Source of the DNA: a virus | Virus record (IMG/VR): IMGVR_UViG_3300025132_007932 | Coordinates: 1-64,000 of that record | DNA: 64,000 nt | Direction: 5' to 3' (one strand) | Position numbers and translations under genes: made by a program | In this document: positions 1 to 8,738 of the stretch, piece by piece | How the letters are laid out: every line of letters begins with the position of its first letter | Position numbering within the stretch: position 1 is the stretch's first letter | The notes under the pieces: model-generated | Told to the model about the DNA's origin: nothing | What the model saw: the letters and a program-made list of their open reading frames with translations, nothing else | Databases searched by the model: none

Positions 1-280
1 TATTAAAAAGAGTAGGGGAAACCTGCACAATCGTCATGTGTTATGCACCGATAGTGGTATACGTATACAGTTATGTATTATATGATGGTATATGTAATAA
101 GAGTGTTAATGATTGTGCTAAATGATTTGACAGTTTCTTGACAGGTGTGCGGGGGTGGTCCCCCCTACCCCCCTACTCCCCGGGATGTATGTCCCAGTAA
201 CTGACATATCCCTGACAAGCCGGCTAAGGTCGTTTTCAATACCGCTGAGAATTTTTGAGATATAGGAGACCAAGTAAATT

Positions 281-400
281 ATGAAAAAAAGTAAATACAA
301 ATACACGTGTTGGCATTGCGCGACAGGTATGGTAATAAAGCTGCCGGCAGTCTGTCCGGAGTGTGAGCGTATATTGACCGAAGAGGTAAAAAGAAAATAG
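281..400 (+). CDS. small Zn-ribbon protein (39 aa, not in ORF track)
   Basis: Translated by hand: MKKSKYKYTCWHCATGMVIKLPAVCPECERILTEEVKRK; two CxxC pairs; AGGAG upstream. Confidence 0.55.
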   Translation: MKKSKYKYTCWHCATGMVIKLPAVCPECERILTEEVKRK

Positions 401-418
401 ACGTCAGCTAATTAGTAG

Positions 419-679
419 GTGGGACTACTAGAGGACGTGAAAGACTTTTTCGAGATACCGCCTAAACATAATTTGAAAGTTGGCGACTTAGTAACGTGCA
501 CGTGCCATGGCGGAGTCGCAATTGTCCTAGCGTTATATGACAGTCCCAGGGATTTAACCGATCCTAAAATGAATATGGCAAAATTATGGTGGATTAGAAG
601 GGCGTATCCGAATATGGAACGTGTATGGATGCATACTATAAAGCGCCTAAGACCATATGGTCAATTGACGAAAGATTAA
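419..679 (+). CDS. small SH3/KOW-like beta-barrel protein
   Basis: LKVGDLV motif followed by GGVAIVL strand pattern; CTAATTA element 4 nt upstream. Confidence 0.55.
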   Translation: MGLLEDVKDFFEIPPKHNLKVGDLVTCTCHGGVAIVLALYDSPRDLTDPKMNMAKLWWIRRAYPNMERVWMHTIKRLRPYGQLTKD

Positions 680-735
680 TCCCGTGCGCGGAAACGAGTC
701 CGGGCATATTTCTGGATATTGTGCATATATAATAT

Positions 736-969
736 GTGACCGGTTCTACTGACTATATATACCAAATTGGCGACTTAGTGACGTTCATAGGGTACAAGTA
801 CTCACCAGATTATGTGTATGTTACCAGACGTGAAGAAACGTTGGGTATTGTCCTCGGTACAGTACCAGGATATTTGTCAGATATCATGTACGAAATTTAT
901 TGGTTCAAGCGGAATAAAGTAGAACCAGCTGTGGTAAATAATTTAAAGCTGGTTCATCGTGCATCTTAA
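736..969 (+). CDS. small SH3/KOW-like beta-barrel protein
   Basis: YQIGDLV...LGIVL...YEIYW pattern. Confidence 0.55.
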   Translation: MTGSTDYIYQIGDLVTFIGYKYSPDYVYVTRREETLGIVLGTVPGYLSDIMYEIYWFKRNKVEPAVVNNLKLVHRAS

Positions 970-1005
970 AGATTTTTCGTACTATTTATAGAGGGAGTTG
1001 AAAGT

Positions 1006-1272
1006 ATGCTGTCTAAAAGTGATATTGAAACAATCTTGTTAGAGGAACTTTCTTCTACCGATAAGAGCGAAATAAAAACCTTAATTGCGAAAGAGCTTGA
1101 TAGGACACTTAAGAAGGAACTGAAAAAAGCCTTAGAAGAAGAACTAGAAAAAGCTTTGGGCTCTAAGGAAACAAAAGATAGTATTGCCGATATCACAAAA
1201 AAGGTAATGAAGAAGCTTTATAAGGATCTTTCTCTGCAACACCCTTATATTATCGATCGAATTAAAGTATAA
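1006..1272 (+). CDS. charged coiled-coil protein, possible prohead core/scaffold-type
   Basis: Repeated I/LxxEL (ILLEEL, IAKEL, LKKEL, LEEEL); GGAG SD; CTATTTA at 982-988. Confidence 0.55.
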   Translation: MLSKSDIETILLEELSSTDKSEIKTLIAKELDRTLKKELKKALEEELEKALGSKETKDSIADITKKVMKKLYKDLSLQHPYIIDRIKV

Positions 1273-1305
1273 TTAGAAAGCTTTTAAATGTGCTAATTAC
1301 GGCAT

Positions 1306-1563
1306 ATGTCCGAGTTATTACACAAACTAACTTTGAAAGCTGGAGACATCGTCGTTGATAAAACCACCGGGGACGTGGGATTGTTGCTTTTTCGCTACGA
1401 CGTGTTACATGATATATACGAGGATGATGAGGTGAAAATATGGGCTTGGGACATTTTATGGTCTGGTCCTGCGACTGATGCAACCAACCGTCGGTCGCCT
1501 TACACTGAATCTGGCTTAATAAACCTTATCGTTGCGGGTGTATTTTTGCATTATGCAACTTAA
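1306..1563 (+). CDS. small SH3/KOW-like beta-barrel protein
   Basis: LKAGDIVVD...DVGLLL...WDILW. Confidence 0.55.
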   Translation: MSELLHKLTLKAGDIVVDKTTGDVGLLLFRYDVLHDIYEDDEVKIWAWDILWSGPATDATNRRSPYTESGLINLIVAGVFLHYAT

Positions 1564-1579
1564 CTTTAGATGAAAAATT

Positions 1580-1849
1580 TTGGAAAAAAATTTGAGTAAA
1601 AAATTTCGCGATTTAGACGGGGAAGTTTGCAACAATGGACCGCATATAGAATTTGCCCACAAGGTCGGTGACCTTGTCAAGGTTCGAACCACAAACTATA
1701 GGGGCGATACTGAATTTAAATATGGTTTTATTGTTGGGGAGCAAGAAATAGAGCAACTGTCAATGTTCCCTATGCTGCCGGTTTATGTTTTTGATTATTC
1801 TGAAATACAAATGCACTATCCCTTGAGCTTGGAAATAATTTCTTCTTAG
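1580..1849 (+). CDS. small SH3/KOW-like beta-barrel protein
   Basis: HKVGDLVKV...YGFIVG. Confidence 0.5.
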   Translation: MEKNLSKKFRDLDGEVCNNGPHIEFAHKVGDLVKVRTTNYRGDTEFKYGFIVGEQEIEQLSMFPMLPVYVFDYSEIQMHYPLSLEIISS

Positions 1850-1871
1850 CGCGATCGTCCATAGTTACAAT

Positions 1872-2069
1872 GTGGAAAAAATATTTCATAAGATAGGCCG
1901 GATGCTGTTTATTGTAAGCGTTGTGGCCTTTTTTATCAACATATTTCTTCTTGTTTTTGCTAGCACTATTTTGACCGGTGAGGCCTCTTTCGAGCTTTCT
2001 TGTCTTTCTATTATTAACATGATGCTGTTAAGTTTTGTTTTATTAAGGGAGCCAAATCATAAATCGTAA
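1872..2069 (+). CDS. small two-TM membrane protein
   Basis: Two hydrophobic stretches in 65 aa. Confidence 0.55.
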   Translation: MEKIFHKIGRMLFIVSVVAFFINIFLLVFASTILTGEASFELSCLSIINMMLLSFVLLREPNHKS

Positions 2070-2082
2070 TAGTTATTAGTGG

Positions 2083-3135
2083 ATGGCGCACAAATTTTTA
2101 TATATCTTGCTATGTTTTTTGACCGTATTGGGCTGCAGTCCCGATTATAGTATTGTTACCGGTAAAACAGAGACCATCATAAAAACTGAAACCGTGGTAG
2201 AAACAGAAACGGTAACCGAAGAGGTTGAGATACCTGTTTATATAGAAGTCGAAGTTCCGGTATATATTGACACCGGGTTTGATGATCCTGGTTTAGTGTG
2301 GGTTGACTCTTTTACTCAACCAAATACTGTAGATGGTATTGACATTTTATGGGTTATTGATACTTCCGGCTCAATGCATAGATTTGATGCTCAGTTAATG
2401 GCCGGTATAGGTGTAATGTTGGGAGCATTGCCTCCCACTAGTTGGCGATTGGCTATGATATCAAATGATCCAATGCGTGCAGTTGCTGAAAATCAGTTTC
2501 CTTTAGTTCCGGGTGATGATGTTGTCGACGCCGAAGCAATGTATAGTGCGATGGGTCGGGGAGGTATGGAAAAGGGTTTTGATGCCGTATATGAGTATAT
2601 TATTAATAATTCATATTCTGGCACTTGGATGAGACCAGATGCGGGGCTTTTAGTGGTCTTTGTCTCCGATGAACAGGAGCAAAGTGACGATCACTTTTCT
2701 GATGAATATGATTTTATTAGTTGGTATGGTGGGCTTCGTGGTGGATCTGTATTTCTTGCTAGTATTGTAAATCAAGAACCAACCGAGTCATTATGTGACA
2801 GTTGGGTTAGTCCAATAGACGTGGGAACAAGATATATGGATGCCACAAATGCGTTTGCTGGCAATATTATCGATATTTGTGCAGACGATTGGACAGCCGG
2901 AGTTGCTGATGCTGCGGCTTCTATTGAGCCTCACGAAAAATGGGAACTTAAGCATCAGGCCATAACAGATTCTGTCAGAGTTTTTATGAACAGCGCACTA
3001 GTAGAACCTGGAATATCAACCTGGTCTTATTCGGAAACGGATAACACGGTTTATTTCCACACTATCCCGCCAGGAAGTACATTAGTAGAGATTGGATATA
3101 GGTATTACGAAGAGGAGGATGACACCGGTGCTTAA
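2083..3135 (+). CDS. lipoprotein with von Willebrand factor A (vWA) domain
   Basis: Lipobox LTVLG-C; MIDAS motif DILWVIDTSGSM; LVVFVSDE; T/E/V-rich stalk. Confidence 0.8.
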   Translation: MAHKFLYILLCFLTVLGCSPDYSIVTGKTETIIKTETVVETETVTEEVEIPVYIEVEVPVYIDTGFDDPGLVWVDSFTQPNTVDGIDILWVIDTSGSMHRFDAQLMAGIGVMLGALPPTSWRLAMISNDPMRAVAENQFPLVPGDDVVDAEAMYSAMGRGGMEKGFDAVYEYIINNSYSGTWMRPDAGLLVVFVSDEQEQSDDHFSDEYDFISWYGGLRGGSVFLASIVNQEPTESLCDSWVSPIDVGTRYMDATNAFAGNIIDICADDWTAGVADAAASIEPHEKWELKHQAITDSVRVFMNSALVEPGISTWSYSETDNTVYFHTIPPGSTLVEIGYRYYEEEDDTGA

Positions 3136-3862
3136 ATTATTTACAATCATTTTATTTTTATTAACAGGGGTATCGCATGCAAACGTGTCTGATTACGCAC
3201 CTTCTTTGCCTGTAGATCACATCGAAACGATAAATAGTTCAGTTGAAAAGAGAGTACGGTCAGCTGCTGTAAGAGTTACAGAACCTTTTTCTGGGGGCCA
3301 CGGATCTGGTTCCTACATAAAATACAAAGATGTTAATTTGGTATTTACAGCACAACATGTTGCAGATGGTATTTTAGGAGTAAAATATTTAGTTATACAC
3401 AAACAAGAGTCACATATAGGTACGCTCATATATTCAGACAAAGCAAATGATATAGCTATACTATATTTAGGAACACCGTTCAGAACAATTGAACCAATGA
3501 AATATGAACCTCTAGACAAAGTTGCCAGCGTTGGAACAAATATAATATATTCAGGATACCCTTCATCTCACAAACTTATGTCATTTAGTGGTAGAGTTGC
3601 TGGCTACGCTGATGGGCCGGGTATTGGTAATCATATAATACTTCAAACATACGGCTGGTTTGGGTGTTCGGGTTCTGTAATTTATGATACAAAAGGGCGC
3701 CAAGTGGGTATATTATATGGCGTAGACGTTGAGTACTATCCAGATATGCAAGTTCAAGAAAACATGATTTGGGTGGCGCCAATAACAAAAGTCAATATAG
3801 ACAGGGCCCTTAGAAATTTTTGTAGGGGGTATCAAGGAAAAGATCCCAAAGCTTGTAAATGA
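3128..3862 (+). CDS. secreted trypsin-like (S1) serine protease
   Basis: Signal peptide; catalytic triad motifs TAQHV, DIAIL, GCSGS; start reassigned to GTG 3128 after AGGAGG. Confidence 0.85.
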   Translation: MLKLFTIILFLLTGVSHANVSDYAPSLPVDHIETINSSVEKRVRSAAVRVTEPFSGGHGSGSYIKYKDVNLVFTAQHVADGILGVKYLVIHKQESHIGTLIYSDKANDIAILYLGTPFRTIEPMKYEPLDKVASVGTNIIYSGYPSSHKLMSFSGRVAGYADGPGIGNHIILQTYGWFGCSGSVIYDTKGRQVGILYGVDVEYYPDMQVQENMIWVAPITKVNIDRALRNFCRGYQGKDPKACK

Positions 3863-4308
3863 AATATAAGTGGAATAAGTTTCTCACGGAAGGTGAGAAG
3901 AAAACAGTAGGAATTGTTGTTTGTCTTAATGATAAGCAACAATTTTTGATTTTAAGGCGTTCTAATATTGATGACAGAGCTGGTTCTTGGACAATACCAG
4001 GTGGACATATCGACGATAAAGATAATTCAATAGAAGCCGGCGCCGTTAGAGAGCTTGAAGAAGAGGCCGGCCTGTCTTGTAAATTAAGTGATTTAAAATA
4101 TCTCGGAGAGCCAAAGAAGGGAAAACACTATTTTTTGACTCAAAAGTGGGCTGGAGAAGTAAATGTCGATATCCCAAATCCAGAGACAGGTGAAATAGAG
4201 CATGATGCATACAAGTGGCTAACGATTAATGATATAAAAGACATAGAAGATACTGAAATTCCGATCTATTTATTGGAGAAAGCTTTGGAAATGTCTAAAA
4301 ATGAATGA
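3859..4308 (+). CDS. NUDIX hydrolase with N-terminal W-x-x-F-L-x-E tag
   Basis: Nudix box GGHIDDKDNSIEAGAVRELEEEAGL; N-terminus MKYKWNKFLTE. Confidence 0.9.
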   Translation: MKYKWNKFLTEGEKKTVGIVVCLNDKQQFLILRRSNIDDRAGSWTIPGGHIDDKDNSIEAGAVRELEEEAGLSCKLSDLKYLGEPKKGKHYFLTQKWAGEVNVDIPNPETGEIEHDAYKWLTINDIKDIEDTEIPIYLLEKALEMSKNE

Positions 4309-5347
4309 TTTATATGATAATCTTGACGAAAAAAAGAAAAAAGCCGGCTCTGAGTCAAGCAAAGAGTCTTCCCTAAGAGATTGGTTTGGAAGAAAGGGAG
4401 CTAAAGGCTCCAAAAAAGGCTGGGTTGACTGCAACGCACCCGACGGCAGCGGTGGCTATAAGTCTTGTGGTCGAGGATCCGGCGAAAGTCGTAAAAAATA
4501 TCCCGCTTGTCGGCCGACACCTGGTGCCTGTAAAGAAAGAGGCAGAGGAAAGTCGTGGGGAAAAAAAGGAAAATCTAAAAAAAATGAGGAATTACAAATG
4601 AATTTAGAAAAAATTGTTCGTGAAGAACTTGAAGCAGTTTTTCTAGAGTCTCACTCGAAAGAAGATGAGAAAGAACTTAAAAAAATATCTAAAGAACTCC
4701 ACGGAGCTTCGAAAATGCATAAAGGGCAGGCAGACAGAATTGATAAAATTCTTGATAGCACTGAAGATGACGACTTAAAAGAAGAAAATGAAGTCGACGA
4801 AGGTATGAACTGTGGCTGTGGAAACGACCCTTGTAAAACTTATGGCAAGAATAATGAAAAAATTATTGTTACAATTAAAGAAGAATTAGAGGCTGTTCTT
4901 GACGAGAAGAAAAAGAAGAAAGCCAAGAAAGATGCTTGCTATAATAAAGTAAAATCACGCTATAAAGTGTGGCCTAGCGCATATGCCTCTGGTGCTTTAG
5001 TAAAATGTCGCAAGGTTGGCGCCGCGAATTGGGGTAATTCTAAGAAAGAGTCTCTACAAATCATGATTGAAGATGAATTAACTCAAGTTTTAGATGAAGA
5101 AAAGAAAAAACCTTGCAAACCCTCCAAAGGAAAGCGTTTTGCTAAGCGCGTAGACGGTAAATGTCGCTCATATGGGCAGAAAGGACAAGCAAAAGGCGGT
5201 GGAGACCGTATTAGACCTGGTACTGCAAAGGGCGATGCTTACTGCGCACGATCTGCAAAGATTAAAAAGTGTAAAAATCCCCCTTGTGCTAACGCATTAT
5301 CCCGCAAAAAGTGGAAATGCCGCGGCTCCAAGTCAATGAAAGAGTAA
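4301..5347 (+). CDS. modular basic/Cys-rich putative head polyprotein
   Basis: K/C-rich modules separated by three IxE(E/D)ELxxVxxE linkers. Confidence 0.65.
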   Translation: MNDLYDNLDEKKKKAGSESSKESSLRDWFGRKGAKGSKKGWVDCNAPDGSGGYKSCGRGSGESRKKYPACRPTPGACKERGRGKSWGKKGKSKKNEELQMNLEKIVREELEAVFLESHSKEDEKELKKISKELHGASKMHKGQADRIDKILDSTEDDDLKEENEVDEGMNCGCGNDPCKTYGKNNEKIIVTIKEELEAVLDEKKKKKAKKDACYNKVKSRYKVWPSAYASGALVKCRKVGAANWGNSKKESLQIMIEDELTQVLDEEKKKPCKPSKGKRFAKRVDGKCRSYGQKGQAKGGGDRIRPGTAKGDAYCARSAKIKKCKNPPCANALSRKKWKCRGSKSMKE

Positions 5348-5351
5348 ATAA

Positions 5352-7784
5352 ATGCTAAATGATGAGCAAATTCTATTAAAAACAGCCAATCTTCTGGATA
5401 CTTTGCAAGAAAAGTGCTGGGATGGATATAAACAAGTCGGAATGAAGAAGAAAAGTGGCAAAAATGTGCCAAATTGTGTCCCTGTTAATGAAAAAGTGCT
5501 CCGAGAAGTAACCGAAGACGAGATGCGAGTGCTTGAAGACGTGTTGGACGACCTAAATCCAGCAAATTTACCCTTAAATGACCTTTTTAGCAACAAAATG
5601 CGCGTTGTTATACCGTTTCCGACCACTGATCCAAGTTCAGATCTTGGAAAGTTCTCAGAATTCTTCAGATCTCAAGAGTATGATGTAGATTGGGAGAAAG
5701 GGATGGTGTATGCCGAGCGTGATCTGCGCACATCAGACGATTTTCTTGATACTTTAATGGGTGGATCTGAACCAAAGAAGAAAACTAAGAAGATTCAGAT
5801 GAAAATCGGCAAGCTTTTCTCCAAATTGGCTGATTTAAGCAAAAGAAAAGACGAAATATACCAAAAAGTCTATAAACACATGGATAATGCCAACTATAAG
5901 CTAGCAGATGGTGGACCAGTTAACACACCACGAAGAGTTACCGGAAAAATGCTGAAAGCAGCGCTCGATGAAAAAGAATACGAGAATTTTCAGAGAATTA
6001 ACACTCAAATTAACTTATATGTCGTAAATCCGGGTGTCGCAGGCCCAGCAGGCTATGATTTAACCGATTTAGCCACTAAATACGGCGAATATTGGAAAAA
6101 GAACGCTGGATTCATCAAAAAAGAGATAAATAGCCTTGATAATGACAAATATTCCATTATTATCACTCGACATCCAATAGATGTACTCAGAATGAGTGAT
6201 TTTGACACAATTACTTCTTGTCATTCTCCAGCTAGTCGTCAAAATGCCTATCAATCCTACTATAAATGCGCTGTAGCCGAGGCTCAGGGCCATGGAGCCG
6301 TAGCATACGTGGTTGAGACAGAAGACCTTCTGAGCGCCACTGATACGGGTAATATTGATAGTGCAGAGCAAGAAATTCAAGAAGGCGAGATATTTGCTGA
6401 CGATAAACGTCCATTTAGCGGTGATATTGAGCCAATTTCTCGCACACGCATCCGTCATGTTAGATATTATGAAGGTGACGAGCCTCCAAAGCGTTGGGAT
6501 GATGGACAAGACGTTGGAATGCCCGAAAAGCGCGTCTATGGTGTCGATATTCCCGGTTTAACTAATAGAGTTACTGATTGGGCGAGATCAAACCAAGAAG
6601 AAGTCATAGCAAATATGCCTAAAAATGATAATGGCATTATTGATCTTAATAAATTTATGATTTTTGGTGGCTCTTACGAAGATACTGCAAATGCTGCTGG
6701 TCGTGAAAGATTAATGAGACAGTTATTGGGTGCACAAGCTCTCGTTAGCGGCAATATGAAACAAAACACAGACACTGAAGATGATCTGGATGCTAATTTA
6801 GTTGGCGACATTATCGCACAATACGAAGGGCAGTGCGAAGAGATAATGAATGAGTACAATAATAGGATGGCTCAAACATATTCTGACTATGAAGTTGGAG
6901 ATGATGGTGGTGAGGGTGCTTATATCAGACCCTTCGCAGCATTTATTGCGAAGTGGCCGGTTGATGAGTGGAAAAGACTACCCGGTAATCAAGAAGAAGT
7001 TGTGTGGAACTCTGTCGATGAGGTGATTGCGATATATGGTGATATATTTGAAGACTCCAACAACTATACACCTGTTATTCGTCGTGTTCGCGAAGAAATA
7101 CACTTGACTATGAAGATTAACTTTGAGCATCCTGACATTTATGGTAACGGTTATATGGCAATGCCAGAAGAATACAGAGACGCGCTTGAAAACATTGATG
7201 TAATAATCGACGACAGAAGAGATGCTTTTGAGGCTGTTCTCACTGATTACTTCAAGCGTGAAGGACAAATGGAAGGTGGTACATATATGAATCTTGCTAT
7301 GTCCATCGAAGACGGAGCACTTACCTCATATGAATGGGATCTAGAAACTGATGGAGAATACTCTGAATCATATGAATCGTCTGCACGATATACACACTAC
7401 TATGATCCAGAAGACTTAGGATTGGGGATTGAGGTGCTAAAACAGATTGTTGATTCTCGCGACTTTAGAATTGAATTGAGAAAACAACTTTTAGAAGCGC
7501 CAAGAAAAGAAATAAATACTCAATATTATTTATCTATGAATGCAATAACAGTAGACCAGAGCGGAGAGGTCGCATTTACCGCTGTATTCACGATTAACGC
7601 TGATGAGCCTGACCTTATGGCTGAGTTGTTTCAAGAGCTTGTAGAGGGTGAAATGGACGATGAAGATAACCTTAATGTGATATTTAATAGAGTATTAGCT
7701 CAGTTTGTTAATTCTCGCCGGCCATCGCATATGCAAACAAACGAAAACCTCGTAAAAACGTGGAAAGGATTTCTAAACTCATGA
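5352..7784 (+). CDS. large hypothetical protein (810 aa), putative virion-internal
   Basis: N-terminal CWDGYKQVGMKKK...VPNCVP module flanked by LQE/LRE; central RHPIDVLRMS...SCH; C-terminal LVKTWKGFLNS. Confidence 0.65.
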   Translation: MLNDEQILLKTANLLDTLQEKCWDGYKQVGMKKKSGKNVPNCVPVNEKVLREVTEDEMRVLEDVLDDLNPANLPLNDLFSNKMRVVIPFPTTDPSSDLGKFSEFFRSQEYDVDWEKGMVYAERDLRTSDDFLDTLMGGSEPKKKTKKIQMKIGKLFSKLADLSKRKDEIYQKVYKHMDNANYKLADGGPVNTPRRVTGKMLKAALDEKEYENFQRINTQINLYVVNPGVAGPAGYDLTDLATKYGEYWKKNAGFIKKEINSLDNDKYSIIITRHPIDVLRMSDFDTITSCHSPASRQNAYQSYYKCAVAEAQGHGAVAYVVETEDLLSATDTGNIDSAEQEIQEGEIFADDKRPFSGDIEPISRTRIRHVRYYEGDEPPKRWDDGQDVGMPEKRVYGVDIPGLTNRVTDWARSNQEEVIANMPKNDNGIIDLNKFMIFGGSYEDTANAAGRERLMRQLLGAQALVSGNMKQNTDTEDDLDANLVGDIIAQYEGQCEEIMNEYNNRMAQTYSDYEVGDDGGEGAYIRPFAAFIAKWPVDEWKRLPGNQEEVVWNSVDEVIAIYGDIFEDSNNYTPVIRRVREEIHLTMKINFEHPDIYGNGYMAMPEEYRDALENIDVIIDDRRDAFEAVLTDYFKREGQMEGGTYMNLAMSIEDGALTSYEWDLETDGEYSESYESSARYTHYYDPEDLGLGIEVLKQIVDSRDFRIELRKQLLEAPRKEINTQYYLSMNAITVDQSGEVAFTAVFTINADEPDLMAELFQELVEGEMDDEDNLNVIFNRVLAQFVNSRRPSHMQTNENLVKTWKGFLNS

Positions 7785-8023
7785 GCAAGTATTTGCAAGA
7801 TCCCGAGTATCTTTTTAGTATTGTTACAATGCTTGTAAAAAAGAACGGCGGCAAAATCACAATCACAGAAGAAGAAATGAAAAACGTATCTAAAGGAGAT
7901 TTAATTGGAATGTATTATGAGCCTGAGACAGGAAATCTAATACTCAAAGAGGTTGAGCCTGAAGATATGTTAAAAGCTACTTCAATGGTAAGAGATGATG
8001 TTGACAGAGACTATGATAATTAA
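7781..8023 (+). CDS. hypothetical protein
   Basis: ATGA overlap with upstream stop; 80 aa. Confidence 0.55.
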   Translation: MSKYLQDPEYLFSIVTMLVKKNGGKITITEEEMKNVSKGDLIGMYYEPETGNLILKEVEPEDMLKATSMVRDDVDRDYDN

Positions 8024-8146
8024 ATGGAGCTAATTATAATCGGATTTGCTTGCTTAAGTCTAGCTGCTTTTATAAGTACCAAAGATTTACCGGATGATAA
8101 ACCGGCAGAGGCAGAATCTGTACAAATAAAGGAGGAGTCAGAATGA
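8024..8146 (+). CDS. small membrane protein (40 aa, not in ORF track)
   Basis: MELIIIGFACLSLAAFISTKDLPDDKPAEAESVQIKEESE; fills the gap and its stop overlaps the next ATG. Confidence 0.5.
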   Translation: MELIIIGFACLSLAAFISTKDLPDDKPAEAESVQIKEESE

Positions 8147-8385
8147 AATACATTTTAATATTTTTACTATCGAGTGTTGCATATGCAAACGACGAGGAGG
8201 AGCCTCGCGTTGTTTATAAACAAAAAACTGAAATTGATTTTGAAAGTGTAGAGGTACAAGGAGAATTGGTCAAACCACAAGGATCTTTGTTGTTGGAAAG
8301 AAAAAGAGCACAATTTAATTCAATGGTCTGGATAAGATCTGACTTTGACGATGAGATGGACAAAACTGTTCAAGAGGTTAAATAA
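8143..8385 (+). CDS. cglF: CglF/GltF-like (adventurous gliding motility) secreted protein
   Basis: Signal peptide, then VVYKQKTEIDFESVEVQGELVKPQG...FNSMVWIRSDFDDEM, matching my recollection of the myxobacterial CglF pattern (KTxIDF..V.GEL.KP.G...F..LI..R.NF..E). Confidence 0.7.
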   Translation: MKYILIFLLSSVAYANDEEEPRVVYKQKTEIDFESVEVQGELVKPQGSLLLERKRAQFNSMVWIRSDFDDEMDKTVQEVK

Positions 8386-8738
8386 TGTTTCCTTTATTTT
8401 TTGAAAACAGTAAAATTCCAGTATGGTTATCTAAGCTGGCTCCAATTGAAATAAATGCGCTAAGTTTTTTTATTTTTGTTTTCTCGCGAGGAGAATTAGA
8501 TGAAAGAGTAAGAAGACATGAAACGATTCACTACAAACAGCAAGTTGAAATGTTGTTTATTTTTCAATGGATTATGTATGCTTATTTTCATTTAAACGGG
8601 CTGCTTTCGGGACTTAGCGGTTCTGACGCTTACTATGTTAATCCTTTTGAGCTTGAGGCATATGATAATGACGAAAAAGAAAACTATTTAAATGAAAGAA
8701 AAGCATATGCTTGGATAAAATACTGGAAAGAAATGTGA
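8385..8738 (+). CDS. HExxH zincin-like membrane-associated protein
   Basis: RRHETIH...NPFELEAY. Confidence 0.65.
   Translation: MFPLFFENSKIPVWLSKLAPIEINALSFFIFVFSRGELDERVRRHETIHYKQQVEMLFIFQWIMYAYFHLNGLLSGLSGSDAYYVNPFELEAYDNDEKENYLNERKAYAWIKYWKEM

Noticed and set aside
118-306. 62-aa minus-strand ORF
   Set aside because: Runs through the G/C homopolymer tract with no SD or motif; the + strand Zn-ribbon ORF at 281 is more plausible
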